Shown in pieces: positions 27,053-38,399 of a DNA stretch of 64,000 nucleotides (positions within the stretch are counted from its first letter, which is position 1; each line of letters begins with the position of its first letter). Position numbers and translations under genes: made by a program. The stretch is from Octopus bimaculoides (Eukaryota): NCBI RefSeq assembly GCF_001194135.2, contig NC_068988.1, forward strand, positions 91,961,713 to 92,025,712. The letters run 5' to 3'. The notes beneath the pieces were generated by a model. The model was not told where the DNA came from and made no database searches. It worked only from the letters and a program-made list of their open reading frames with translations.

Positions 27053-30000
27053 NNNNNNNNNNNNNNNNNNNNNNNNNNNNNNNNNNNNNNNNNNNNNNNN
27101 NNNNNNNNNNNNNNNNNNNNNNNNNNNNNNNNNNNNNNNNNNNNNNNNNNNNNNNNNNNNNNNNNNNNNNNNNNNNNNNNNNNNNNNNNNNNNNNNNNNN
27201 NNNNNNNNNNNNNNNNNNNNNNNNNNNNNNNNNNNNNNNNNNNNNNNNNNNNNNNNNNNNNNNNNNNNNNNNNNNNNNNNNNNNNNNNNNNNNNNNNNNN
27301 NNNNNNNNNNNNNNNNNNNNNNNNNNNNNNNNNNNNNNNNNNNNNNNNNNNNNNNNNNNNNNNNNNNNNNNNNNNNNNNNNNNNNNNNNNNNNNNNNNNN
27401 NNNNNNNNNNNNNNNNNNNNNNNNNNNNNNNNNNNNNNNNNNNNNNNNNNNNNNNNNNNNNNNNNNNNNNNNNNNNNNNNNNNNNNNNNNNNNNNNNNNN
27501 NNNNNNNNNNNNNNNNNNNNNNNNNNNNNNNNNNNNNNNNNNNNNNNNNNNNNNNNNNNNNNNNNNNNNNNNNNNNNNNNATTTAAAAAAAATGTAATTA
27601 TCATTCCAGAGTCCCATCATAAACAAAATGGTTGCTCTAGATCCACTTTAAAAAAGAATTTTTTTTTTTTTTTAATATCTACAAAACAAACCTAAATGAA
27701 TACCTTGTTAATGAATGGAGTCAGATGCTATAAGATACTCTGTGATTTGTGAAGAATCTGACCAAACAGAATTTCACTGCAAACAAAACTCCACATGGAA
27801 AGTCTTAAAATGCTAAGTTTATTGCAACTCAGTTTGAACTGATTAATGTTTTTAACAACAACATGACAGGTAAAACTGTCGTGGGGTGTATCCGTGTGTG
27901 TATGTACAGGGTTGGACAAAATAATGGAAACACCTAGCAACATAATTTTTAAGCATCTATAAAAACGGCAAAAGCTTGTTTATTTTTGTTTTTTGATTTA
28001 TCATTAGTGTTGCTTAATATGTTTTGCTAAAATTGCTGTTTCTTTTCAGATATCATCAGAAAAAGGTAATGAATTTTAATTCATTAAAATGACAGATCTA
28101 TCGGACTTTCAAAGAGGTCAAATTGTTGGTGCTCATATGGCAGGCTCAACCCTGCCACTTATTTTTTGAAGCCTTGTACTTATTCTCTCAGTCTCTATGT
28201 TTAGTGTATCAAGAACTACTGTCTCAAAAGTAATGACAGCCTTTGAAAAAGAGAGAAAACCCTCCTCATCAAAACAAAACTCCGGAAGAATACCAAAACT
28301 TTCAGATAGGAACAGTCAGACTCTTATGCAAATTGTTAGAAAGGATCACAAAAGTACACCTCCCACAATTACTGCAGAGCTTAATGACCACCTTGAGAAC
28401 CAAGTTTCCACAAAAACTGTTCGCTGGGAGCTGCACAAAGTCGGATTTCATGGGAGGGCTGCAATCAGAAAACTACTACTTTCAAAAACAAACATTGCAA
28501 AGTTTTAGAGTGAAGTAAAAACCTACACAATTGGTCCCTAGAGCAGTGAAAGAATGTTATTTTCTCAGACGAGTCATCCTTTACTTTATTTCCGACCGCC
28601 AGCTGAGTATATGTGTGGAGACAGCCAAAAGAAGCATTTGACCCAGACTGCCTTCTTCCAAATGTTAAACATAGNNNNNNNNNNNNNNNNNNNNNNNNNN
28701 NNNNNNNNNNNNNNNNNNNNNNNNNNNNNNNNNNNNNNNNNNNNNNNNNNNNNNNNNNNNNNNNNNNNNGATCAAATTCATCCTATGGTTGCGGAACTGT
28801 TTCTGGAGGGAAACGCAATCTTTCAGATGATAATGCACCAATTCACACAGCTACAGTTGTTACTGAATGACACAAGGAACATTCTAGTGAAGTTGAACAT
28901 CTTATCTGGCCACCACAGTTCCCAGATCTCAATATTATGGAACATTTATGGTGTATTTCAGAAGAACAAGTAAGGACTCGATATCCTCCATGATCATCAC
29001 TACAAGAACTGGAGACTGTTTTAGCTGAAGAATGGACAAAAAATTCCTTTGGAAACAATTCAAACTTTGTACGAGTCCATACCTCGTAGAATTCAAGCTG
29101 TAATTACTGCCAAAGGCGGTCCTACCCCATATTAAAATTAATTTGTTTGAAATTTTAAGGTGCTTCCATTATTTTGTCCAACCCCTGTATGTATATCTAA
29201 TTATTCTTTGAGTAATACATTAAAGTTTAAGGAAGAGGAAAATATTTTGTTTTAACCGATTTTTATTTTTAAGTGAATCATTAATATTCAAAGTTATAAT
29301 AAAAATAAACAACCACTGCTAATTTGATCTCCACTAGATGTCAACCAATAGTTCAAACCCAGGTGAAACTTAGAGAAAAGCTAATATTTATAGCTGTTAG
29401 AAAAATTTCTTAAAATATTATGAATATGGTTTAAAACAGCAGCCACTAACTATGAATGTGTGGTTCAGTACACCAGTTTGTGATTGTGTGTGTGTGTGTG
29501 ATATTGATATAGAGAGAAGAGAATGTGTAGAAAAAGATTACAAGTGCAAGAAAATTGTTAAAATTTATAAATTTACTATATTAATATTGCTAAAATAGGG
29601 GAAAGACATCAATTATAAACAAGAAACTGGGTCTCGCCATCACCACCACCAAGTAAATTTAAAATTACTAAAAGATCTTTACATCAACAGGCGTTAGATG
29701 TTGTTTTGAGAAGCCCCAATGAATTAAATTACCAAATTATAGCAAGTGCTAATGTTAAAATGAATAAGTATTGCCAGTTAAATGCTTTATAAGTAGCCAT
29801 TCAGTGAAAAATCTATGCTTTATCTCTTTAATGGTTTTATATGTATGTGAGGAAACAAAAATCTTTTCTTAATAAATAACTGAAAATAATCTACTTAAAC
29901 CTTTTGATTAATAACTTGCCTCAAACTGCCCCTGGTTCTATGGAACAATTTCCTATGTTAAAGTGATCTAAATTAAAACCTTTCATTAAAATTCCATGGA

Positions 30001-32143
30001 AATTTATGTTCTAAACAACAACTTATTACAACAGAAGTTTGGTAATAAAAAGATTAATAAAAATTCCATTAAAATAATAACAGTCTAATTTACGGCCTGT
30101 GTTCCAATCCACGAGAAAAGGAAATACATTTTGTACATTACAGATATTGGAATTGATACAGGTTATTCTTTATTTGTATGTGCCACCTCTACCATGAGTC
30201 CCTTCACCATACCATGAGTCCCTTCACCAAACTTAATCCTATTACATCTCATCCTCATCTAAACCAACACAACCATTATCCTTATGTTATTCACTCTCCC
30301 ACTTCCAGGGCCCCATACAGTACCAGTCTGAAATTTCTTCTCTGAATGTGGACCATCATTGCCCTACACTACTTGTCACTGACCTGCAAAAGCGCAAGCT
30401 GAACATTAAGACACTGAAAGAGGACCTAGACAGGGAAAGGGCCATGTCCCAAGAAACTTCTCTTTTTTTTTTACATAAAAAGGTACAACTGGCACTGAGA
30501 AAATGAGTTAAATTTAACAAATTGAGGTAGATATATAGTTAATTAAATGACATTTTTATCAAGAAAACCTGCTTACAGTGTGGGTTAAAAAATAACTATA
30601 ATTGATGTAGGCTCAGAAGTATAAACCATAATGGAAGTTAATTGTTACTGATGTAGACTGAAGTGTGTTTTATAGAGGTTACAGAATATAAGCAAAATGT
30701 TGGCTAAGGTGTATAACTGATGCAGACCAAGTAGTATAATGTTGGTTAAGGAGTATATTTATGATTTTGACTAAGGAGTTTGATATTAGCGGGAGAAATA
30801 TGATGTAGGCTAGTTTGATGTACACTGAGAAATGAAAGAATAAAGTAGCGTAAGAAGTATAACAATGATGTAAGGAAGGGAGTTACCTAAAAGGTAAAAT
30901 AATGAGTGTAAGTATGATGCTGCTCAAGGAGGAAAACTAGGATGTTGGTTATTGAGTGCAACTATGAAATAAGTAAAAAGATAACTTATAACATATACTA
31001 ATGATTCCAAACTTTTTCACTATTAAAGGATCCTTTTTTATCTTTCTCTTTAACCACAGCTTTTGAAAGGCCTGCAAGCTGTGTAAGCTACTTTTATCAG
31101 CTAACAAACTTGTTTTCCGTGTTGAGTCCTCACTTGAAAGGTATATGTAAATGAATAAATATAATTATAAATGCAAATACATTTTACAGTGCAATCTTTT
31201 AAAAGACTGAACACTGGACCCCGCCAGAGTATGTGGACCCCAGATTGGGAAGCACTGATATAGACTAAGGAGTACAACTATGACGTTGGTTAAGGGGCAG
31301 AGCTGTAGTAGAAATATGATGTGAACAAAACAATAAAGTGATGTATCCAGCTATGTCAAGAGTTATTCAATCCTTTGCATAATGAACTGTAATTCAAAAC
31401 TCTATACCCACAGTTGGTGAGCCCCACTTTCACAAAATATTAAATTCAACCAAGTTTAATTAATGTGGGGTACAAATTATATTGTTATACAGTAATCCCT
31501 AAGCTATTGTGGGTGTTACATTCTAAAACACCCCTACGATAGGTGAAAATATCTGAAGTCGAAACAGTACTGTCTATTTGTTTTTAATCATTTTCATAAT
31601 TTGTATATATTTATTTTATTATAAATGCAAAACAACATCACAAAGGAATCGACATAAGTTTAAATAACAAACCACAATAGGTAACTGCAATATGGTGAGG
31701 GATTACTGTATATATATATATATACCTAAATGATAAGCAGATATATATTTTAATATTTACATTTGTAAGGAATATGAAAAAGATGTAACAGTGAAATATT
31801 ACAGCCATGACTATCCTGTCCTGTATTCAACCTAAGTGTGTCTAAGTCCACCTTACCACATTATATATGTCTTCCTTTCTCAGATACCAGAGTGTCATTT
31901 GAGGGAAATATGGATCTTTTTTTCTAGCAAGTGATGTGATCAATATTGTTTCAAAGGACATTAAATTCAGGTTAGCAATGAGAGTTGTGGTGGTTTAAAA
32001 ACTAGATAGCTTTAAATTTAGCAGATTTAACAAAGTTTACGATATAGTATGTGTTTTCATTGAACATTAAAAACATAGAAACTGTAAATAATGTTTTTAA
32101 TTTTTATTGTAAGTCCTCTTCAATTTTGTTTTTGGCATCATCA

Positions 32144-32228
<85 letters not shown>

Positions 32229-34066
32229 AATTGACAGCAGTGGATGGACAAAATGAATAGAGCAACAAGTAACATGCTATGCAGTATTTAGTTATATTAC
32301 TTTGTTCTCAGTTCATACGTTCCCAAGGTCAACTCTACTTCTCATTCTTCAGTGAAGTGGTAGTCAATAAATTAAGACCCAGTGAAATACTAAGGTTGAT
32401 TCGACCAACTACGCTCTTTCTTGTACCTCTATTAGAAATTATTATTAGTATTATTAAGGTAGCAAAATGCTTAACAGCAATTCTTCTAGAGATTTACGCT
32501 CCGAGTTCAAATCTCACTGAGGTTGATGCTTGCCTTTTATCCTTTCATGGTTCAATAAATTAAGTACTAGTAAAACACTGGGAGACAATGTGAGCAATTA
32601 CTCCCTTCCCCAAAATTTCAGGCCTTGTACCTTTAGTAGAAAGGATTATTATTATTGTTATTATTATTATTATTTGGCATGGCAGAATTATTAGAGTGTT
32701 GGATGAAATGCCTTGCATTTTCCCCTCCCAAAGCCAACTTTGCCTTTCAACATTTTAGGGATCAATAAAAGTGTCAGTCAAGTACTGAGGCTGATATAAC
32801 CAACTGACCCCTTTCTTCGTCTAAAATTCCAGCCATTCTACCAAAGTTAGAATCAATCACAACAAACTTGTTAGAATGTTGCACAGAACATCATGCAGTG
32901 TTTGTTCCAGGTCTTAGCAGTCAATTTTGCCTTTCCACTGGTTCAGGTACTGTAATCCATTTTGTTTGGTGAACAACCCCACCAAAAATGTGTGCCTATA
33001 ATTTTTACGCGCATCCTATATTTTAAGTTAAATCTTTCCTCCTTCCTACTATCTTCCACAATAGTTGCCTGCTGAAATTTCTCAATTAATCAAAGGTTGT
33101 TTTGTTTTGGTTTTTTTTTCGGTTTTTTTTTTTTTAATTCATTTAAAACAGCCAAATTTATTGAACCTATTTTGTATGATTTAGTAATAGAGCATATGTT
33201 TATGATTGAATATTGTCCAGTCGAAGTGGCCTGAAGACAGACAGTACAGGACAAGAGACCATTGACGCATCACCATAGACTATTTCGTTGGGCTAATTGT
33301 TTTTTTTTTATTATTGAATATTGTTTTAGTGCGCACATACAAGCTGTATGTATGAGAGAGATAGAAAGAGAGAGAGAGAGACAGACAAACAGAGACAGTA
33401 GAAGGTGAGTTCAGATCTTGACAGTGAGAAGTTCATTCAGAGTATAGTACATCTTACTCAACAATAATGCTTTATTTAACGAATATAAAATGAATTATTA
33501 ATGGTCACTGTGACAAGTTAAGATGTGACTATCTCTACAAATGTCTACCAATAAATAACCTAGTCAAGAAAGTCAAAAAAATATTGCACTGAATTAATAA
33601 TAAATATAAAACATCACTAAAGTTGGCTTAATACATGGAGTGATACCCTCACCCTTTCAGTGTGAATGTCCAATCAGTCTAGGGCTCTTTATACACAAAT
33701 GCATGCAATAAAAGGAGGAAAAAACAAAATGGCAGAAAATTTTGTCACAGAACAAAGAGTTTCTAGAAAAGAAAGACAAAGAGTAGGGTGGGCACACAGG
33801 GTAGATTAAAATGGTAAAATGACTAAGATGATAAAATAAAAAAAATAGAGAAAATAATTTTTCAAATAAAAATTTTTAACTAAAACCAATAATTGAAAAA
33901 CAAAAATAGTAATACTAATGTGGCAAGTTACAGCTTATTAACAAATTAAAGAAAATTTCTTCTCTTGAATACATATTGTCAGTTCTAATGATGATATAAA
34001 ACTGAAGAGATTGTCAAGGTTACGAGGATAATTCCAGACAGACATACATATATGCATATACATACA

Positions 34067-34135
<69 letters not shown>

Positions 34136-35214
34136 CATATATAAAATGTATGTATATCTGTGTGTATATATATATATATATACACACGCAAAATATAGAG
34201 AACTACTAAACTGGGCAGTAGGGGCTTAAATTGGACTGTTTCTTCAGATTATTTCTACCTTTATTCCTAAATATAATTAATGGTTTTAAATTTTGCCAAA
34301 ATGGCAGTAATTTTGGGAGAGAGGATGAGTCGATTACATTGACCCCAGTGTTCAACTGGTACTTATTTTATCAACCCTGAAAGGATGAAAGGCAATGTTG
34401 ACCTCAGCAGAATTTGAACTCAGAATGTAAAGACGGATAAAATGCCACTAAGCATTTTGCCCGGTGTGCTAACGATTCTGCTAGCTCACTGCTATATTCC
34501 TAAAGATAATAATACTATCATTTAGAGCTATTAGAGACACATTGAAACCAACAGCTGGTCTGTTAAGTATCACATTGCAAAACGTATTGTTATATACATG
34601 GATGCTAATGTAGTAGTGTTTGTGTTAATATCTTATGTAGAGACACTGGTGCAACCCAACTAATGATCAAACTATATAAACTAATCTTTTTAAAACCTTA
34701 TTACTAATTGTAATTGTGACGAAATTTGACTGTCTAAGGGAGATAAGAAATAGAGAGTGTAATCAGAAGCCATAAAACTGTTTGCCCCACATTTGAACTT
34801 GCAAATATTTTTTTGTATTGAGAACTAAAAATTACCTATAACCTCTACATAATGCTTCACTTATTACCTGCATTAAGGTATTGCAAAGCACAAAACACTT
34901 TATCTCAGTTTGGTTCCAAAGTTTAAAAATGTACACTTCTAGGTCTTACAAGTCAATTCTTCAAATATAAACTGTAAAGTGGAAGCACTTCTAGCAAAGA
35001 ACTTAGGTCTCCTCTTCTGATAAAGGAACTGCAGAAACTTATTTCTAAATGTTACTAATTCCTTACAGCTTAATCGAACAAACAGAAACAAACCACAGCT
35101 CCAATATTGAAATCTTCAGAGCATTTCACTTACAGTAAAAAAACCTGGCATCGGACCTCCTGGCATTCCATCTTGAGGTGGCATTTGACCTAGTGGACTT
35201 GGTGCTGCTGCATT
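605..35214 (-). CDS. SSBP3: Ssdp/SSBP2-3-4 family single-stranded DNA-binding protein, partial: join(complement 35134-35214, 25025-25087, 11202-11279, 9862-9919, 4748-4815, 3244-3320, 1294-1339, 605-640)
   Basis: Eight exons with AG/GT boundaries and compatible phases (0,0,0,1,0,2,0) splice into a 169-aa open frame. It is colinear with the Pro/Gly/Met-rich region of vertebrate SSBP2/3 (AAAPSP..PP.DGMPGGP..PGFF / SQPSPH.QP / PFMSPR..GGPR / PNSMDP / GHP...MQRMN / NYG..R.PPNS.GP / RPWP / YSS.SPG.Y). Family call is from recalled sequence; invertebrates have a single Ssdp, so the paralog number is nominal. Confidence 0.95.
1294..1339 (-). CDS. SSBP3: Ssdp exon, (M)[15 protein letters not shown] (46 nt, phase 2-0)
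   Basis: Acceptor ctttctattttttctcag, donor gtaagt; matches GPGAGRPWPNPNSANS. Confidence 0.93.
1637..2036 (-). mobile_element. SINE-like family C with (ATG)n tail and internal ~65-nt tandem units
   Basis: catcatcatcgtttaacgtccgc...ctacagctggatgc...; near-identical to 14947-15258. Confidence 0.85.
3244..3320 (-). CDS. SSBP3: Ssdp exon, [25 protein letters not shown](M) (77 nt, phase 0-2)
   Basis: Acceptor aatacag, donor gtaagt; matches NYGSGMRPPPNSLGPAMPGINM. Confidence 0.93.
3790..3998 (-). mobile_element. SINE family B
   Basis: ggatgaaaggcaaagtc...ggaatttgaactcagaac shared with 45024-45171. Confidence 0.85.
4748..4815 (-). CDS. SSBP3: Ssdp exon, (G)[22 protein letters not shown] (68 nt, phase 1-0)
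   Basis: Acceptor tttttcctatcttccaacag, donor gttagt; matches GHPNMGGSMQRMNPPRGM. Confidence 0.93.
5786..6106 (-). mobile_element. SINE family D (tRNA head); partial second copy at ~5355-5512
   Basis: Minus strand aggtgcatggctcagtggttaggg...cttgagcaagg...cagctggcaaaaatgagtt. Confidence 0.8.
6796..7318. repeat. Fold-back inverted repeat, ~175-bp arms (6796-6972 / 7141-7318)
   Basis: ttaattatgtattaccattctcctc...ggaacatgct is the reverse complement of agcatgttcc...gaggagaatggtaatacataattaa, with scattered mismatches. Confidence 0.92.
7856..7925 (+). mobile_element. tRNA-derived (Ser-GCT-like) Pol III head within the Penelope 3' region; not a functional tRNA
   Basis: A-box-like TAGTGGTTAAG (7868-7878), anticodon-arm-like TGGACTACTAAACC, B-box-like GAGTTCGATTCC (7906-7917); no complete acceptor stem. 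Confidence 0.7.
7994..8039 (+). ncRNA. Degenerate minimal type I hammerhead ribozyme motif
   Basis: Stem I GACAC(7994-98)/GTGTT(8035-39); core CTGATGA (7999-8005); stem II AGCTGG/TTAGCT; GAAA (8027-30); then C-TTT where an active copy would need C-GTH. Minimal hammerheads in Penelope pseudo-LTRs are established. Confidence 0.65.
8497..8720 (-). mobile_element. SINE family A, 3' half
   Basis: tcttttacttgtttcagtcat...ggccatgctggagcaccgcc...aacacaccagcatc. Confidence 0.85.
9862..9919 (-). CDS. SSBP3: Ssdp exon, [19 protein letters not shown](G) (58 nt, phase 0-1)
   Basis: Acceptor gattgtag, donor gtaaac; matches PPGGVPGTQPLLPNSMDPTRQQG. Confidence 0.93.
11202..11279 (-). CDS. SSBP3: Ssdp exon, [26 protein letters not shown] (78 nt, phase 0-0)
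   Basis: Acceptor tctcttttgtttccag, donor gtaagt; matches PFMSPRY(A/P)GGPRPP.R..NQ. Confidence 0.95.
14050..14364 (-). mobile_element. SINE family D variant (same head/core, different tail)
   Basis: Minus strand aggcgcatggctcagtggttagagc...gagttcgaatccc...ttcttgagcaagacactttatttcac. Confidence 0.82.
14432..14868. other. Assembly gap (other gaps: 18440-18648, 27053-27580, 28675-28769, 45014-45023, 48397-48673, 51452-51758)
   Basis: Runs of N. Confidence 1.
14947..15258 (-). mobile_element. SINE-like family C
   Basis: Same as 1637-1950, including ggatgcccttcctaacaccaacc. Confidence 0.85.
16914..17136. mobile_element. piggyBac-type MITE (family 1), opposite orientation
   Basis: tttagtattcagattact ... 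aaatgctaacgggTTAA is the reverse complement of the family-1 copies. Confidence 0.75.
18392..18722. repeat. (TA)n microsatellite spanning assembly gap 18440-18648
   Basis: Seen directly. Other long microsatellites: (CA)n 16222-16264, (ATT)n 17657-17700, (AAC)n 22535-22564, (GT)n 27019-27052 and 44961-45013, (TA)n 34081-34130. Confidence 0.95.
20130..21075 (+). mobile_element. Old retroelement 3'-end remnants ending in a (TAATGAAG)3 tail
   Basis: Higher-complexity decayed coding-like sequence followed by a short tandem tail at ~21038-21062; family uncertain. Confidence 0.3.
23170..23560 (-). mobile_element. Decayed LINE (RTE-like) reverse-transcriptase remnant
   Basis: Minus-strand pieces loosely resemble RTE VKQGCVLAP / G.LFNL / DLLF motifs; very degenerate. 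Confidence 0.3.
25025..25087 (-). CDS. SSBP3: Ssdp exon, [21 protein letters not shown] (63 nt, phase 0-0, possible cassette)
   Basis: Acceptor cttcctccccttccacag, donor gtgagt; matches SSBP3 GPPGSQPSPHAQPPPHNPSSMMGPHSQ. Confidence 0.85.
25763..25950 (-). mobile_element. SINE family B with long (ATT)n tail at 25703-25760
   Basis: ttttatcgaccccaagaggatggaaggtaaagttgacctc...atttgaacc. Confidence 0.75.
27907..29187 (+). mobile_element. Tc1-family (DD34E) DNA transposon, near full length, inactive
   Basis: TA duplications at 27905-06 and 29188-89; TIRs cagg(g)gttggacaaaataatggaa(a/g)cacc. Transposase remnants: [16 protein letters not shown] (28089), [62 protein letters not shown] (~29135). It has stops/frameshifts, a ~46-nt SINE-like insert at ~28151-28196 and an N gap. 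Confidence 0.95.
30590..31330. repeat. Degenerate minisatellite, ~24-nt unit (ctaaggagtataactatgatgtaga), split by a MITE
   Basis: Recurrent taaggagtata / tgatgtag motifs at 30590-30970 and 31258-31330. Confidence 0.55.
30998..31257. mobile_element. hAT-type MITE (Charlie/MER-like ends)
   Basis: Right end ggaccccagattgggaagcactg and degenerate left end taatgattccaaactttt, resembling cagtg.ttcccaaac/gttggga..cactg; it interrupts a minisatellite. Confidence 0.55.
31488..31710. mobile_element. pogo/Tigger-like MITE
   Basis: TA-cagtaatccct ... agggattactg-TA terminal inverted repeats. Confidence 0.8.
32136..32227. repeat. Compound trinucleotide microsatellite (ATC)(ATT)(ACT)(GCT)
   Basis: Seen directly; source of the poly-Leu pseudo-ORF 32051-32260. 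Confidence 0.95.
32455..32870 (+). mobile_element. Two tandem SINE family B copies (~32455-32645 and ~32675-32870)
   Basis: gagttcaaatctcactgaggttgatgcttgccttttatcc and gccaactttgcctttcaac; tails of (ATT)n. Confidence 0.7.
34297..34492 (-). mobile_element. SINE family B
   Basis: Same core as 45024-45171. Confidence 0.85.
35134..35214 (-). CDS. SSBP3: Ssdp exon, [27 protein letters not shown] (81 nt, phase 0-0)
   Basis: Acceptor tttcttag, donor gtaagt; matches SSBP2/3 [30 protein letters not shown]. Confidence 0.95.
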
Positions 35215-35876
35215 CTAAGAAATGTACAAAACAAAAAAACAGAACTATTTTTTAAGAATGTTATCAAAAAAAATTTTAAAAAAACAATCAGCTGTCAAAT
35301 AAAATAGAAGCCGTTTGTAAAATAGAAATAGCAGCAAAGAAACAAAAATTTAAGTAAAATTAGCAACAAACAATTTAGCTTCAGCAGAGGCAAACAAAAG
35401 AGAACAAAAAGAATTAAACATAAAAAAGAAACCTATTATAAATACAATAATTTTTATGATATAGTGAATATGAGGATGGATGGTGATATACATATACATA
35501 TGTTTGGGTGTAAAAGCAAAAGAAAATGTACTCAATACATTTAGTAGATACTATTCATTCAAAGCATATGATTCACTTTGTTGCTATACTGTTTATACAA
35601 AAGGGTAGTGACAGAGTGAATAAACAACTACACATTAATTTATACATATATAGACCATACCCATCACTTGCAAGCAAATACGACCTGGTAGCATATATTA
35701 TGCTGTTATTGTGTCTATGTAGTGGACAAGCAGATATCCTCTCCAATATCACTGAAAAGTTTTACTAGAACAAGGTTCATATGATCCATACAAGCATGGA
35801 AAATTGGACATTAAAGTAATGATGATGATGATGATGATGATACTAAAATAATACAATATAGTATGTATTAAATATA

Positions 35877-36705
35877 CGAGGTGCATGCAAAAAGCATCTG
35901 ACTTCATTTTTTCCTGCCTAAATTAATGCCATGTGGGCAAAATCCTTTGGGTGAGAGGTGACAACACCCTTCATGCACATGTATGAAAATTTTTGCACCA
36001 ATATGCCATGTCAGTTCCTGGCTGTTTTGCCTAGAGTTCAAATGTGTAGTGCGTGCTCGTCAGATTTTTGTTTTCATGCAAGATGACCTGAATGCATCAA
36101 GCAGAGACAATGCATCGAGTTTTCCCAAAAGCTTGGTGATACTCAAACTCAATCCATCCAGAAGATTCAGCAGACCTTTGGTGATGATGCCATGGGCAAA
36201 ACTCAGATCAAGGTGTGGTACAACTGCTTAAGACTGTCGTGTAACAATCCAGGAAATTGCTCACAAAGTAGGAATAAGTACAGGATCAGTGCATTCCATT
36301 TTAACAGAGGATTTATACATGCAGGGAGTGTTGGCGAAATTCACCCCGAAGGTACTGGCAGGGCAGCAAAAGCAATTCTGCATGGAAATCACTCAGGACA
36401 TGCTGGACTGTTAAAACCACAACCCCAAACTTCAAAAACACCATCATCACTGGTGATGAGACATAGGTTTATGATCTCTACTCGATGCATTTGGTCATCT
36501 TGTGTAAAAACAAAAATCTGACAAGTGTGCACTGCATGTCAGCATTCTAGGCATAGCAGCTGGGAACTGATGCAGCTTATTGGCATGAAAATTTTCATGC
36601 ATGCAGAGGAAGGGTGGTGTCACCTGCCACCCAAAGGATTTTATCCATAAGGCATTAATTTTTCCAGGAAAAAAATCAAGCCGGAGTCTTTTTGAATGCA
36701 TTTTA
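35877..36705 (+). mobile_element. Second, different mariner element, internally deleted and decayed
   Basis: TA-cgaggtgcatgcaaaaagc left end with a degenerate inverted copy near 36680-36705; transposase pieces QRQCIEFSQKLGDTQTQSIQKIQQTFGDDAMGKTQIKVWYN, TIQEIAHKVGISTGSVHSILTEDL and ITGDET*VY. Confidence 0.85.
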
Positions 36706-38036
36706 TACATGTATTTTATAATATGTATGTGTGTGTATATTAAATATAATGTACACATATATATTATACATTGTGTGTGTGTGTGTGTGTGCGTGTGCGC
36801 ACACACATGTGTACTAAAGCCTATAAATGTTTTAGATCCTTTCATTTCTTTCCATGACACTACTTGAGGAGAATGGTGATGCCATTTTTACATTTCCTGT
36901 AAATAATACATCCGGTAACGGAGCACTTTTGATTTGTAATGATCACTGGGAAACAATATTTTAAAATCCCTTAGGCAAGGCTTAGTGACAGAGAGGACTT
37001 CTGGCTGTAAAATTGTAAAATACAGCCTCAATATATTTTCTTTCAGCCCATGCAATCTTAGAAAGGCAGACATAAAATCTCTAATTAGAGTTGAAAAAAG
37101 AGGATAAATGATGAACATTTCTATGTGAATATAACTCCAGCAAAATTTTAGTTTAGTCGCGAATAAATGTCAAAAATCTCATAAGTTCTAATTTTAATAT
37201 ATTTTCATTAACACAAGGCTTTTATACAGTTTTCTAATGATTTTATCTAAAGTGTATGTCCATGAGATTCATGTTAAAAAAAATTATAATCAATGATGCT
37301 TAAAGGTATAATGATTTTAAACAAATGGATAAAGTCCTATTTTGGTGTACATTTTTGTTGGTTATGCTTTTGGTTTATTTTCCTTTTTAGTTGCACACAC
37401 ACACACGTGCACACACACACACATCATAAAATCCTATCTTCACATTGAAGCTAAAATCAAATGCAAAAGTTAGAAAATATTGTAATAACTGGTTCCAAAT
37501 TTTGGTGCAAGGCCACAAATCTCAGGAGTGGGAGTAAGGTGATTGTATCAACCCGTGCTCAACTGGTATTTATTTTATCGACCTCAAAAAGATGAAAGGC
37601 AAAGTTGAACTCAATAATAATAATAATGTGTGGGAAGACTAGCTATGTACAGAATAAATGCATAATGTGTAATGTAAATATACTTATTTGTATGTATTAA
37701 CATTAAAAAAATGTAAAAACTATGTAAGAACATATATACTCCAGCAAATACTAATTATGCCCAGCATATTTTCATCCCAAAAAATGTGGCTTTTATGGTC
37801 CCTTTTAACATAGCTCCCAACTTCCTCATTAAATTGCAAAACCGACTTTCTTTTGGCGACTACTGCCATGCCTGCATTTTAAGCTTATTCACATATTACA
37901 TGTAGAGTGCACGACTGAGTATCATTTTCTCAGTAACATTAAAAAATTCTATGACACTGAACTTAGAACCTATTCAAATTGCATACACTGAAATTATACA
38001 TGCATACATACATACATACAGAGAGAGAGAGAGAGA

Positions 38037-38084
<48 letters not shown>

Positions 38085-38399
38085 ACGCGCATGTGTTTTT
38101 CATATTCAAGTTTCATCTTTCTGACCACTTTTATCACACACTAAAATATGACTTAACTAACAAATGTTGCACCCTTATAGGTTTAAAAGGGTGCATGCTC
38201 TTCATATTTAAAAGGGTGCATGCTCTTCATATTGTTAATTATAAATTACAGTGTGGCTCTTTCAGTTTTAAAATAAAATAATTGTTAATAATTTGTAGTA
38301 AATAACAATTTACACAAGCAGTTTTTCTTTTTATTATTATCATTCTTTCACATATATTATACATTGTATAGATCTGTGAAGGAATTAACAAGATTTTGG

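Noticed and set aside
35661-35684. 24-nt AG...GT microexon candidate (GTCGTATTTGCTTGCAAGTGATGG) 450 nt upstream of the NAAAPSP exon
   Set aside because: The next exon starts in phase 0, and in that phase it contains TGA; the polypyrimidine tract is weak and there is no convincing homology.
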